From the NCBI GenBank assembly GCA_973895155.1, contig OZ316895.1, positions 14,700,816 through 14,764,815 of the forward strand: 64,000 nt of DNA, written 5' to 3'. The stretch comes from Marsupella aquatica. Its lineage: Eukaryota > Plantae > Marchantiophyta. Each line of letters opens with the position of its first letter. Position 1 is the stretch's first letter. Positions 38,402 through 50,128 of this stretch are shown here, one piece after another. The notes below the pieces were generated by a model, which did no database searches, was not told the DNA's origin, and saw nothing but the letters and a program-made list of their open reading frames with translations. The position numbers and the translations under genes were made by a program.

Positions 38402-41400
38402 CTACTCATCAATTATACCTTCCATGTAAATTTTGAGAGTTTTCAAAACATTCTTAGGAATTGTCAAACCTCTATCCATAATATTTTGTTCTTTAGCACC
38501 TGACTTAAACCCATACATTGCAGAATTTGCAAACTGCCAACTTTGAGTAACATTGTCAAACCCAGGATCCAGCTCCCAAGTCTTAGTGGTTTGAAAGCAA
38601 CGTTCATATCGAACATCATCCTTCCATGTTTAGGCCTCCACCATTGTACTTGGAACATAGGAGCATTCCTAAGAGGAATGCTCTCAACAGACGTTGAAGA
38701 AGACCCTTCAATATGTTGCAAATCTGTTGAGGGAACCTCATGGTTTGGATCCACACCACCCAAAGCTCGAACCAACCAGAAACGCCCTTTGCCATTCTCC
38801 TGTTCCCATTCATCCTCTGGACGTAAAAATACAAAGTGACCTTCTTGAATATCTTGTAGAGGAATCCAACGTGCAGGTTCTCGCTCTTGTCGTGCACCAA
38901 CAAAGGGTGCAGCTTGATCTTCCATCTCTTCCATGTACTCATTTTGAAGGTCCATCATCTCTGGATTTTGAGAAGGTTCACTTGACGGCTGAGATGTCCC
39001 CAAAATCATCTTGTAACTTGTGCCATGGTTAGTCTTTGGCCAAAAATCAGTTGTCAATGGCAAATGTCTTTCCTCCTCCCCTTCTATTGTAAGTTCCTCG
39101 GACAGTGCTTGCACAAGATTCTCCCAATATTTGACCAGAGGAAATCTCTCTTTATATGCTGCAGAGGTCTCATCCTTACAACTTTTCTTCAAGAAATCAA
39201 TATAGCGATTAAGGAATGGGATGATTTCTCCAGCCGTCTTTTGTACATCCCCAGATATAGGTTTTGCAAATGGTTGGCCTTCCGGTAAAATGAGCGCATT
39301 TGTGATGGGATCAGTTCTCCAAATGGACCTCCCCATTGCCGGAAGCCAAGGTTGCTTGACATGTGCTTTATATTGATACACTGGCACATTATCCCTCATG
39401 GAGAAAAGAAATGCCACTGGTTTTGAGTGACCTTCTATCTCTTTCACCTGGAAAGTTTTCAAATACTCCTTGTAAGATGCAACCTCTTGAATCAATCGTG
39501 GTACATGATGAATGCTTTCACACTCCCAAACCTCAGCCATCAACCCCAAGAGGGTAGCAACCTCTTTGTATCTGACCTGTTTGGATACTTGAGAAAATAA
39601 TGCATCCACGTCTTCATGGGTGTGGCCAACCATGAGGAATGACATTTGCACAGTTTCAAACACCCCCCTGCTAACAAGCTCAATGCAAAATGCCATCACA
39701 TATTGATTTTTGTTATCTTTCCCTGAATTGTCCATTTGCAACGTTAGGTGCCTTGGTAAGGGCTTGAAAGAGCCCCTAGTAGTCTCAGGATCATCCTTAG
39801 AACCAACATCCACTATGGTTGACTTTTTAGTCTCCTGACCATCTTCAATGCCTTGAAATCGAACAATTGAAACATTTTTGGGTTCCAAGTAACCGGCCAG
39901 AAATGCTTCAAAGTCTAGAAGGGACTGAAATATTGGCCTAGTTGCATTCCAATTCAATCCCTCAAGAAGGTCTCCAGTTTTGTCTCCTGTGTAATCTTCC
40001 AAATCTCGGAGGCATTTGGCCAAAGATGTCACGGTAAAGTCTGCATCTCTAGGCCAAAGTCCAGTCAAACTGAAATGTGCATACACTCCAGGATCTCTTC
40101 CATGGGTTAACATCCCAGTAAGAGCAATAGGCAAAGGCTGACCACTACCAGAGAGGGATTTTGGAGTGGGGACCAACCTGGGGATCCAAGTCTTGGCTTG
40201 ATCCATCTTATCGTGAATAATGCAAAGATAGTTTTGAGGATCCTTCTTTGCAAGAACCCTATGAGCATAGTAAACATATCTTCTTGACATTTGTTCACGA
40301 AGATGTCGCGCTCTTTTCTCTTCAATCTCTGCACGCTCTTTTTTTCTCTTCTCCCGCATCAATTGATCTTTGAACTCAGTGCAAAATGTGCACTTGGCAA
40401 ATGCACTTCCCTTGTGAAAGTCAAAATTATCAAATGAGTTTTTCCAGATGTTGTACATAGTAACTTCAGTAACCTTAGCAAACCCATCTAATTCCATCTT
40501 GGTGAACACCTCTTGGAAAATCTTCTTCTTAGTAAAAGAAGATGGGAGCCGATATTCAATAGTGTCAGTGCCGTTGGACCCACCATAGGGAAGATGTGGC
40601 ATTGGTTCCCCATTTTGGATTAAAATGGACTCCAACAAGGCGCGAGCGTGCAAAGTGCTTGATCGTGTCTTCCGTTGTCCCTGATTTCCATGGAAACCAA
40701 TTGTGCAACCAGCTTCGTATTGATTTTTGTAGTCATAGTACTTTGTTGTATTGAACCCATGCATTTTAATAAATGCATCTTTACAAACCACACGTCCCTT
40801 TAGAACAAAAAATCCCTTTCTCTTGACTTGCTCCTCTCTACACCCAAAGAGACTAAAGATGTGACTTGTTTTGTTGTCACTTGACATTCCATGGTATTCC
40901 CTCCTCATTGCCTCTAAGTCCTCCCTGGGCATGTTCAAGCAACACTTCAGCTTGCAACAACCTTCTCTTTGGATGGAATCAATGGACTCCTCGTTAATTT
41001 TCAAAAGTGCCCTCGACTCCAAATGCCTTTTCTTCCTCTCCTCAAGATCAACTTTTGTCCTCCTAATGAAATTGTATGGTCTTTTTGTAGGTTTACCATC
41101 ACCATCCGAATCCGGATCGCCCTTAGTTCGACCCGACTCCATCCACTTCTCTGAAACTTCCTCAAGGATATCCCCAAGAAACCTTTGAGACGAAATCAAT
41201 AGAAGGGATTTGATTTCCCACCTCACCAAGCCAGGGGTACCAACACGGATATTTGGAAATAATCCGGGTTCATTGATATTCACAACAGCAACACCAACAT
41301 GATCTGCACCAAGAAGTTCATCGTCAACGGCACCTGTTTCAAATGGGACCGTGATAACACCTGTTGCAACCTTTCGACAACGAGAAGCGTCATACAAATC

Positions 41401-42105
41401 AACCTCCTCCGCCATCCAGTTGGAACGTAGTGTAAAATCTTTTAATGGAAGATCATTGAAAATATTTGAACTACCAAACACGCCAAAATCTCAAAGAGTG
41501 CCCTTTCTAGAAACATGCGCAACATCCCAGATAACCCAGGTATGCAAGGCCTCTGCTATTGTATCAGCTCCAGGGTGCGAGTATGACAATTTTTGATTTC
41601 CCTTAACAATATCAGATATTCTTATACTGATGCGACCAACCCCGAGTGTTTCAGTATGACAAATATCCATCGGATTTGTCTTGAAAACAACTCCATTTGC
41701 AACCAACTGATCAAAAATGAACATCTGAACTTCATCCCCTTCCTTGAACACGTCCTCTTCAACCCTTGCATCAATTTTGGATTTATCATTTCCAGCATCT
41801 CCAGCCAAAGAGAAATCATCGACATTGATTCTTCGGTGCTGAGTTGATGACCTCAAGTATGCCAATGCACAATCCCAAATCACGCAGGAGTCAATTGCCT
41901 CAGCCAATGTAGAAAATTTGGGCAAAGGAAATGGAAGTTGACGCGATCCATCAAAACACTTTTCGATCAATACCCCAATTCGATTGTCCCCTAGACAAAT
42001 GTTCTGTATAGTATCCTGGGGGTCAACCTTTTGAACTATCCCAATTGCCGTTTCAAATCCATCAATCACCAATGACACTTCATCCCCTCGTGTAAAATTG
42101 ATCAT
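38402..42105 (-). pseudogene. DD(E/D) transposase (Sola-like/DUF7869-type) with three N-terminal Tnp1/En/Spm-like domains; one in-frame stop and one late frameshift
   Basis: Motifs CIIHDKMDQAK, LQMDNSGKDNKN, FLMVGHTHEDVDALFS and FAKCTFC. ORFs 41491..42105 and 38464..41481 share a frame, separated by one TGA. A shifted frame from ~38620 (RYERCFQTTKTWELDPG...) continues to TAG at 38402. Confidence 0.85.
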
Positions 42106-42232
42106 GATAGCGGACTATCTGTATTCAAATAAAGTTAGAAATTGTTAAGTTCCCCATGTTACAATCATGTTTCAAAATCTGGACTCTCCTCCAAAAAATA
42201 TTGTAAAATCACTCAAAACCCTAAATACATTC

Positions 42233-42560
42233 AAGTCGGGTCGGAATTATTTCGACCCTCCTCCAACATTATGTCTTGAAATGATTGAATTGACTAAACA
42301 TTTACAAGTCGGGTCGGAATTATTTCGACCCTCCTCCAACAATATGTCTTGAAATGATTGAATTGACTAAACATTTACAAGTTGGGTCGGAATTATTTCG
42401 ACCCTCCTCCAACAATATGTCTTAAAATGATTGAATTGACTAAACATTTACAAGTCGGGTCGGAATTATTTCGACCCTCCTCCAACAATATGTCTTAAAA
42501 TGATTTAATTGACTAAACATTGATAAGTTGGGTCGGAATTATTTCGACCCTACTCCAACT
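42233..42560. repeat. 73-bp tandem array (4.5 copies), each unit with palindrome GGGTCGGAATTATTTCGACCC
   Basis: Units start at 42233, 42306, 42379, 42452 and 42525. A degenerate inverted copy lies near 42660-42682. Confidence 0.95.
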
Positions 42561-43722
42561 ATTAAGTTGAAATTATGTCAAAACTATTTGTGAAACTATC
42601 TTGCTTATGCTTTTATATACCAGTTTAAAATGCTAGTTAAGATGACATAGTCAGGTCGGCACGAAATAATTCTGACCCACTTCTAGAAACTATGTTAGTA
42701 ATCACATAAAGGGGTACAGTAAGTTCTACACATGCTAGACTGTGGATAAAGGTCTAGAATGAGTAAAATATATGATCTAGAACCTAATGTGTAAATCTTA
42801 ATCTAGGTTTGGCTTAAAGGTATTGAATTAGATGTAGTTGAGCTAGTACTTCTAAGATAAATAAATAAAATCACTAACCTGCTCCGCAATATATCTCTGT
42901 CCACCCTTGTACAAGCTAAATGGGTACCTTGGATGCCAGCATTGTAACTCTTAGCACCACAGTGCTCACCAGTGCCCTTACTAAACCTTGCATTCAACCA
43001 TGCGGACCTAAACAAGGCACTCGGACAGAGGAGAGTCAGTGATCGTACCAATCACTGTCTAAATGACAATGAACCAAAAAATGGATTGTGGGAGGTCTAT
43101 ACTCAGTTTGAGAGGCAAAAAGCCCACATATTACCCAACACACGAGTGGACACCAACAGATCGGGCACGGGTGGATGAGGCACGCACCCAGCACACAAGT
43201 AGACATCGGATAGGGTGTCAGCCAATCACTCACGAGTGATAGGTGAGTTGCGAGCACACACCGCTGACAGCTCGGAAGTTTAAAATTGGTAGGTGAGTCG
43301 CGAGTGGTCGTGAGTGGTCACACCATCGGTGACTCACGATCACATGCACCGAGGAGGGTCTCCATCATTGGCGCGCATTGATGCCTCCGTACCCTCTCGG
43401 ATCCTTGCCTCCTCGGACTCCTCGCTCGCAGGGGGTATAGGAAGGCAGGCCTTGCGCTTGAGGCCTCATTTCCTTGCCTCCCTCTTGCCTCCTCTCTCGT
43501 CTCCTCACTCCTTGCCTCCCTCTTGCCTCGCTCTAGGGCTTTTGTTTTTGCCTCGCTCTTGGGATTTGTTTTCCGCCTCGCTCTAAGGCTTTTATTTCCA
43601 CCTTGCTCCCTTCCCTTTTGGGTCGCTCCCTCGATCATTGTTTGCCTGTTAGTGCCCTCTTGCAGCCTGTGGCATTCTCCATTGCTGCCACGTGTCATCT
43701 TAAATCTCACTCGCCCCTTACA

Positions 43723-46700
43723 ATGTCTACTTCCTCCAGTTCTGAAGCTTCCACCACCTCCGCCAGTTCTCAAGAGTCATTGAACTTCAATTATAACTCT
43801 CTGTATGAATATGACCCTGAAGACCTGGATGTCCAAAAATTGGTTAACAATGCGTTGGAGGCGTCAAAGAAAGCCCAGTTAACTTTTCCACGTAAGGCAC
43901 CTCCTGCTTCAACTTCTTGCCTCGCCCTAAGGGCGAGGCAACTTTACTTTAATTTGGATTTCAAACTTCTTATTAGGAAAATTTCTATATTCCTTTGCAG
44001 TCGCCTCGCCCCAAGGTCGAGGCGACGTCTACTTCATTCTAGATTTCTTGTTGCTCCGAAGGCGTATTGGACCTTGTATCTTACATTAATAAAGGATCTT
44101 TAGCTATATTCTATTTTTTGCCTAGCTCTTGGGGCGAGGCGATGTCGTCTGCATTCCTCAAATGTAGTTTGCATTCCCAGAAGTTGCCTCGCCCTTGGGG
44201 CGAGGCAATGTCCTCTACATTCCTAAATGTTGTCTGCTTTCCCAGAAGTTGCCTCGCCCTTGGGGCGAGGCGATGTCCTCTGCATTCCTAAATGTTGTCT
44301 GCTTTCCAGAAGTTGCCTCGCCCTTGGGGCGGGGCGATGTTGTCTGCATTCCTAAATGTTGTTTGCTTTCCTAGAAGTTGCCTCGCCCTTGGGGCGAGGC
44401 GATGTCGTCTGCATTCCTAAATAATGTTTGATTGCTTGGATGAGGTGGCAGGGCTAATTGCACTAGGAGCAAAGAAGATTTTGCAATCTTCTATTTGTCG
44501 CCTCGCCCCAAGGGCGAGGCACCTTGAAAGTTTTCCACATGTCAATGTTAAAAATATGATGCTGACCATTTTGTTTTCAATGTTTCTTACCAGGAAAAAA
44601 TCTTGAGAAGCCGGAGTTAAATATTATGGACGAGGATATCAAGGACTTTGTTTTCCCTGACCAAGATACTCTAGGATTTAGATGGGCACTAGAAGTTGGG
44701 GTGTCGGCGGAAGGCAGTCTCTTGATTTGTTTCAAGGGCCTCACAAGTCAATTGAATGACCGCAAGACAATTGTTACTCTAGGTCCAGTCGTCCTTGTGA
44801 ACACGGACAACAACCGCAATGCAACGATTATTGTTGAGTCCAATGAGAAATCTCAGTGGATGAGACTTCTAGTGCCAATAAAACTCTACTCGACTTTACT
44901 GAATGTTGAGTGGATGGCTCGATTGGAGATAAGCGTAGCTGATATGGGATTCTTCCCAGATGGAGTAACAATTGATCAGATGTTTGAGAAGACGCGTTCT
45001 CAAATAAGTGGAGTTGACCTAGTGTTTGGATTTCTCTACGTAAAGAAGCACATGCATGACAATGCGGACAGTGTGGACCCTCCGTCTACTTGGATAGTTC
45101 AAAGGATGATTGATAAGGCACATTTTTCATACGAGCAAGCAATCGACAAGAGTTTCATTTTTTGTCCAGAGTTTCAAGAGGCCGCGTGCCGGACGTGGAT
45201 TTCAGAGATGAAGAAAAAAGAAGCAAAGCATAAGGCAAAGGAGAGAAAGAAGACAGTGGAAAGAAGTGCGCAATCAAAGACAGAGAAGAAACGAAAGCTT
45301 CAAGAGCCGGTTGTTCAACAAGAGAAACAATCTGGGAGTTCACGCCGTAAGAAGATGGCTAAAAAAAATGAAGATGATGAGGGCCCCCAAAAAAAGCAGA
45401 CAAAGAAGGCAAAGGTTGCAAAATCAAAACCAATGTCAGGGTCGACTTCAAACTTTGTCTTGCATCCAAAGGATGATATGTGTCCGACAGAAGGACCCAA
45501 AGAAGATGATGTGCTCAAAGGCCAAGAGGTTTTGCGTAATATTGAGCAGTATTATACTTTTGGCATCCGCGAAGTTTTTGATATTCCTGTAAAAAGTATT
45601 AATCCGCCATCGGCCATTTTTGTATATCGAATGTTCAATCTTTTGCATGCAATGGAGATATCAAAGTCTATGATGAAAAACCCTGGACAGGAACCACAAG
45701 TTGCTGATTTGATTCCGTATCACGAGAGCACTAAACAGTTGCTTCATTATGACAACACACCTCAGGATAGGAAAGAGTTTTTGATTGGTGTGAAGAAGCA
45801 TGAGATCCAATTCCTTGCCATCAGTGGCCAGCATTCTGCAAGAGCTGCCCAATGGATCCAAGGGTGGGCCGAGACTAACGCCAAGCTGACAGATCTTGCC
45901 AACAAACTAAAGTATAGGAAAGCAAGGATCCTATCTGACCTCACTCCGAAGACAATTTTGGTTGAACATTCAAGTTTATCGAATGCTGTCAATGATACTA
46001 TGCAATTTAAGTCTTGTTTTTTAGAGACTATTGTTCATGCACGAAGGCAGTTTGAGGAGTGCGGGAAACCGCCGCGTCCAGGGATTGGGACCAATCAAAA
46101 TACAGACAGGAAAAACTATCAGGTACATGTTGGAGCAACGCAAACTATTCTTGATCCGCTTTGTTTAAAGATTGTCAATGGTAGAGGTTTGCCTTGCCCC
46201 AAGGGCGAGGCTGCCTTTTCTTGTTTTCCTTGGTTAGAAGATTAAAGCAAATGTTTGCCTCGCCCTCAGGGCGAGGCAACCTAGACTAGTCTCTCTAAGA
46301 ATAATTCCCTAGTTCCGTTTCAGTCAATTGCGGTTAGATGTAGAGGTTCGCCACGCCCTTGGGGCGAGGCGGCTTAGCCTGTTTCAAACATAGGTATAAA
46401 TTTTCTAACATATGCATTGTACCCTGAAACTAATGTCAAGTCCATTGGATATGCAGGATTGGTTTGCCCTGGCAAAGGTTACAATGGGGAAGTCAAGCCT
46501 AAAGAGCATTTATTGGTTACTTTTTGCCGAAGATGAGCTCTTTGAATTATGGCGGAACGTGTGTGCAAAATGGTTGAGTGGGAAGCTCCAAGACGGGGCT
46601 GGTGGGTATGGAGGGCCAAGACCCCCAAAATTGATCACTCCCGGTACCTTTCGATGCTTTGAAGGAGAGATTAGTAGCAAACAGATAATTGAGATCTTGA

Positions 46701-48654
46701 AGGACGTTGAAGAGGAGCGTGTCTTGCTGAAGAAGGATATCACCAACAAATCAGAGCTTGTCGCAATGGGAGACTTGGCCCTTACAATCAAGATAATGTC
46801 CAAATTGAGAACAGCCATTATTGGCTATTTCGTGGAAAAGTATCGTGAGAAGTTTCCTGTTGGCACATCTTGGGAGTCTCTGGTGATATTGTTGCCTTCC
46901 TTGAAATCTGAGCTTGAGATGACAAAATTGAGGAGAGCAGCGGGTGAGGTTTACCTCAACAATTCATTGAAGAAGAATGTGGTCAAGGAGAGTTTCCCAC
47001 AAAGTCTGATGGTCAGACTAGATGGGTTGTATTGTAAAGAATTTGGTGGGATTGGTCGTTCTCGCACGGAGCCTTTCTTGACATTTTTTAGTGAGAATTT
47101 GATGAAGACGACCGTGCCGGAAATGCTACAAGAGCCTTCGCCTTTGTGTCCTCTTGCCATTGTTGACTTCAGTAGGCTCCGACAACATGTTTGGACCGAT
47201 GCTGAAATTATTGCATTACTACAATACATTGTGGATCTTCCAAGAAATCCAACAATTGTTGTTGTCATGACTATGCATCCGGGGCCACTTGCTGCAAACA
47301 TTTTGAGTGCCCTTAGGAAATTGCAACATGAAAAGGGAATGGACATCCACGTCGACTATGGGAGCTATCGACAGAGTGATACACCAGTTCCAGAGGGCTT
47401 ACTTTTCAGTTGTGGTATGGAGGAGATAATCTTTGCAGGAATCACCACTGAGGAGAAATTTGATTGGAAGCAAGTGTTCAGGCCTGGATTTAATTGCCAA
47501 TTTTCTTACAATTCGGCGATCGACCCTGATTTCCAAGTGGAAGACAAGACGGAGAAGCGAGATAAGAATAAGAGTAAGACAAGTAAGGAGACAGTGACTG
47601 CGTCAACTTCGGCATTTCACATTGGAGATTTCTTACGAAAGGCTCCCATGTTTGAGATGGTGGGAAGTAGAGGTGGCTTTGTGAATATTCACGCTAAGCC
47701 AAAATGTATGCTGCAGAGTATTATTGAATTTTTTTCGGCTGAAGGGGAGACTATACTTGACTTTTTCTCGGGAAGACAGGTTATGAAGGTGTCATTGTTG
47801 TGTTTCAGAGAATGCTTTGCGTATTCAGACACTGAGGATGAATATGATTTCACTCAGGCATATGGAAGGGTTCTCTGCGAGAAAGTTCCTTCCATAATGA
47901 GTGACCGGATGGGCGGTTCCAAATTTGGTAGAGCCCGCGATGGGGTTTCCGCGCATGTTGGTGCCAAAGAAGGCGTAGACCAGGGCGAAGATGATATTGA
48001 GGAAGGAGAATTGGGTCACGACACAGACGACAGGGTCACCCGAAATTTGGATGAACGTGGAACACAAGTGGTAGGTATTCCCTACTTTGGTGTGGGGTTG
48101 GCTGATGTTGTGGGTCGACCTGAGGGCGACCCACCAAGAAATCCCTTTGCCGGTGTAGAGAATTGGATGCACCAATCGGACCCAGATCTTACATCGTCCA
48201 CATCGGACGCACATTGGAAGGCAACCGCAGATGGTCTAGGCAATATTGACGTAGTAGAATTGGGAGAAATGTCAGACATTGCGCTTGCAAAGGAGGATGA
48301 TCGTCAAGTACCTGAGACCGTTGCAAATGAAGAAGAGAAGGCAGGTGCTTCAAATCCTCCCGTCTCCTCTATATTGCTCATCAGAGACTAAATTGGTTTT
48401 TACAAGTGCTTCTACAGGAAGCCCCGTAGTATTATCATTTTCACAAAATTCTGGATCTGAGATCGGCAGGACTGGATATATGAAAACAGTCCGTCCTGCA
48501 ACTCATTTTATATGGAGAAATGGACCAAAGGTTGGAATGATAGAATCACTAGACGATGCTCCAAAGATAATGGCAAAATCAGATTACAAAAAACTGAACT
48601 TGAGACTGAGCCCAGTTTTTGCACCCCCATCCTTTGAAGAGCAACTTCCCAGTG
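43723..48654 (+). CDS. Spliced transposon cargo gene: unknown N-terminal domain, K-rich segment, ParB/Srx-like domain, N4/N6 DNA methyltransferase-like domain
   Basis: Frame-compatible GT-AG introns 43892-44593 (phase 1), 46123-46456 (phase 0) and 48345-48417 (phase 1) join the ORFs. ParB-like FDIPVKSI...YR...FLAISGQHSARAA. MTase-like HAKPKCMLQSIIEFFSAEGETILDFFSG...ECFAYSD. The 3' end is uncertain. Confidence 0.72.
43917..44522. repeat. Intronic array of 21-bp palindromes GCCTCGCCCTTGGGGCGAGGC (~65-bp tandem unit in the core)
   Basis: Copies at ~43919, 44003, 44120, 44186, 44251, 44315, 44380 and 44500. Three more at ~46191, 46257 and 46350 in intron 2. Confidence 0.93.
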
Positions 48655-49088
48655 GTATCAATTCCGGGATACAGAGTGTTCTAGGTGATCAAACAATAGA
48701 TGAATTTGGGCATTTTAGCATTGGAAATTATTAGCCCATTCTTTGGTTCTTGGTATTTTAATGACAATCTAAGCTTTATCTTTGTAATAATATACTTTTT
48801 TACAGACCAAAGTTCCGTCGTAGAATCTCCTTCCTCAAAGGATTTTGTTGGCATTCCCTCGGAAAGCGTTGCTGTGGAGGAAGGGTTTGACCCAAGTATA
48901 CTTTGGATCTAAAAAATGGCAATTGAATGTAATTAATGTTTTTCTAGGAGGGTCGCCCCAGGGTCGTTCCTCTCTACTTCAAATGCTATAACAAAGTTTG
49001 TTTGATTTCAAATTTTGAGAGTTTTCCTCTGTAGTAATTGTTTAAACTTTGAGTCGCATTGACTAAGGGCTTATGTTAATGTTTCCAG

Positions 49089-50128
49089 AATTCACTCCAA
49101 TACTACACTCTCCGATCCGGCGAAAGCTCTTGGTTCTTGACCTTAACAAGATTTGTTGGGATTGCATTAAGACCAGAAGCTCAGGACCATGGCGAAATCA
49201 GACAAGTTTACGTGGTGTGCACTGGGGGAGACGTGGAGGGTTTAATTTCATGTATGTGGAGCGCCCATACCTCCACGAATTTCTATATGCAGCTTTCATG
49301 GTTTTTGACGTCGCAATTTGGACCTGTGCAAGGAGGCCAAAAACAATGGACTTAATGGAGTTGATTTTCACTAAGGAGGAGCGATAGAAGTTCAAGTTTG
49401 TCTTTACTCAAGAAGATACCTTTGATAGTTGCATCCAAAGGCCAGATATAACAGATGGGAAGGCCAATTTACTTCTGAAGAATTTGCAAACCATTTGGGA
49501 CCGTTTTCCAGAAAAATATGATGCTTCTAATACAGTTCTTATTGATGATTCTCCATTGAAGGCATTTTTGAATTATGACATGAATGGATTGTTTCCAAAT
49601 CCATTTACTCACACAGCTTCAAATGACACTTTTTTGCCCGAGATATTATGGCCGTATCTTTGCAAATTGAGAAAGGCTTACTGCGTTCAACATTATATCA
49701 CTGTCAACAATCCAAAGTGGTCTGTTTTCAATTTATTAACAAGCAAGGAGGATCATGCTGCCATCTATGCTCTTTTGGAACAGAAGTGGGGAGATTGTCG
49801 TTGTATCCATAGGGAGTTTGGAACCATCTTGGATGTGACTCCTGAAGAGATTCCTTGGGACGGAAAGAACGAGGTGCAGCATTACCCACCACTGGAGACG
49901 TGGACCACGGATGAGATCGAAGAAACTGCAAACGTAATACTTGGAGACAACTATTCTGGTCCTCATACACAAAATAGAAGGTATTTTATTTGGAAAGTTC
50001 TCAGAACTAGGGATCTCACCAATAAGTTTAAGAACCACCATGCGAGAGATACTTGCAACCGTGACATCCGCTATGATAAATCAGGAAGCAGACTTTCTTG
50101 TTCAAATGAGTTTTGTCTTGATCATTAG
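49089..50128 (+). pseudogene. FCP1/NIF-type HAD phosphatase-like domain with Cys/His-rich tail; one in-frame stop (49385)
   Basis: RKLLVLDLNK, ERPYLHEFL, FDVAIWTCA, LLKNLQTIW, NTVLIDDSPLKAFLN. ORFs 49073 and 49484 share a frame. Confidence 0.8.

Noticed and set aside
42233-44522. Palindromic repeat arrays as CRISPR arrays
   Set aside because: Sequences between palindromes are near-identical in the tandem cores rather than unique spacers. There are no cas genes and the context is eukaryotic.
46123-46456. ORFs 44626..46245 and 46412..48391 as two separate genes
   Set aside because: A phase-0 GT-AG intron containing the palindromic repeats joins them in frame. The ORF extensions into it look non-coding.
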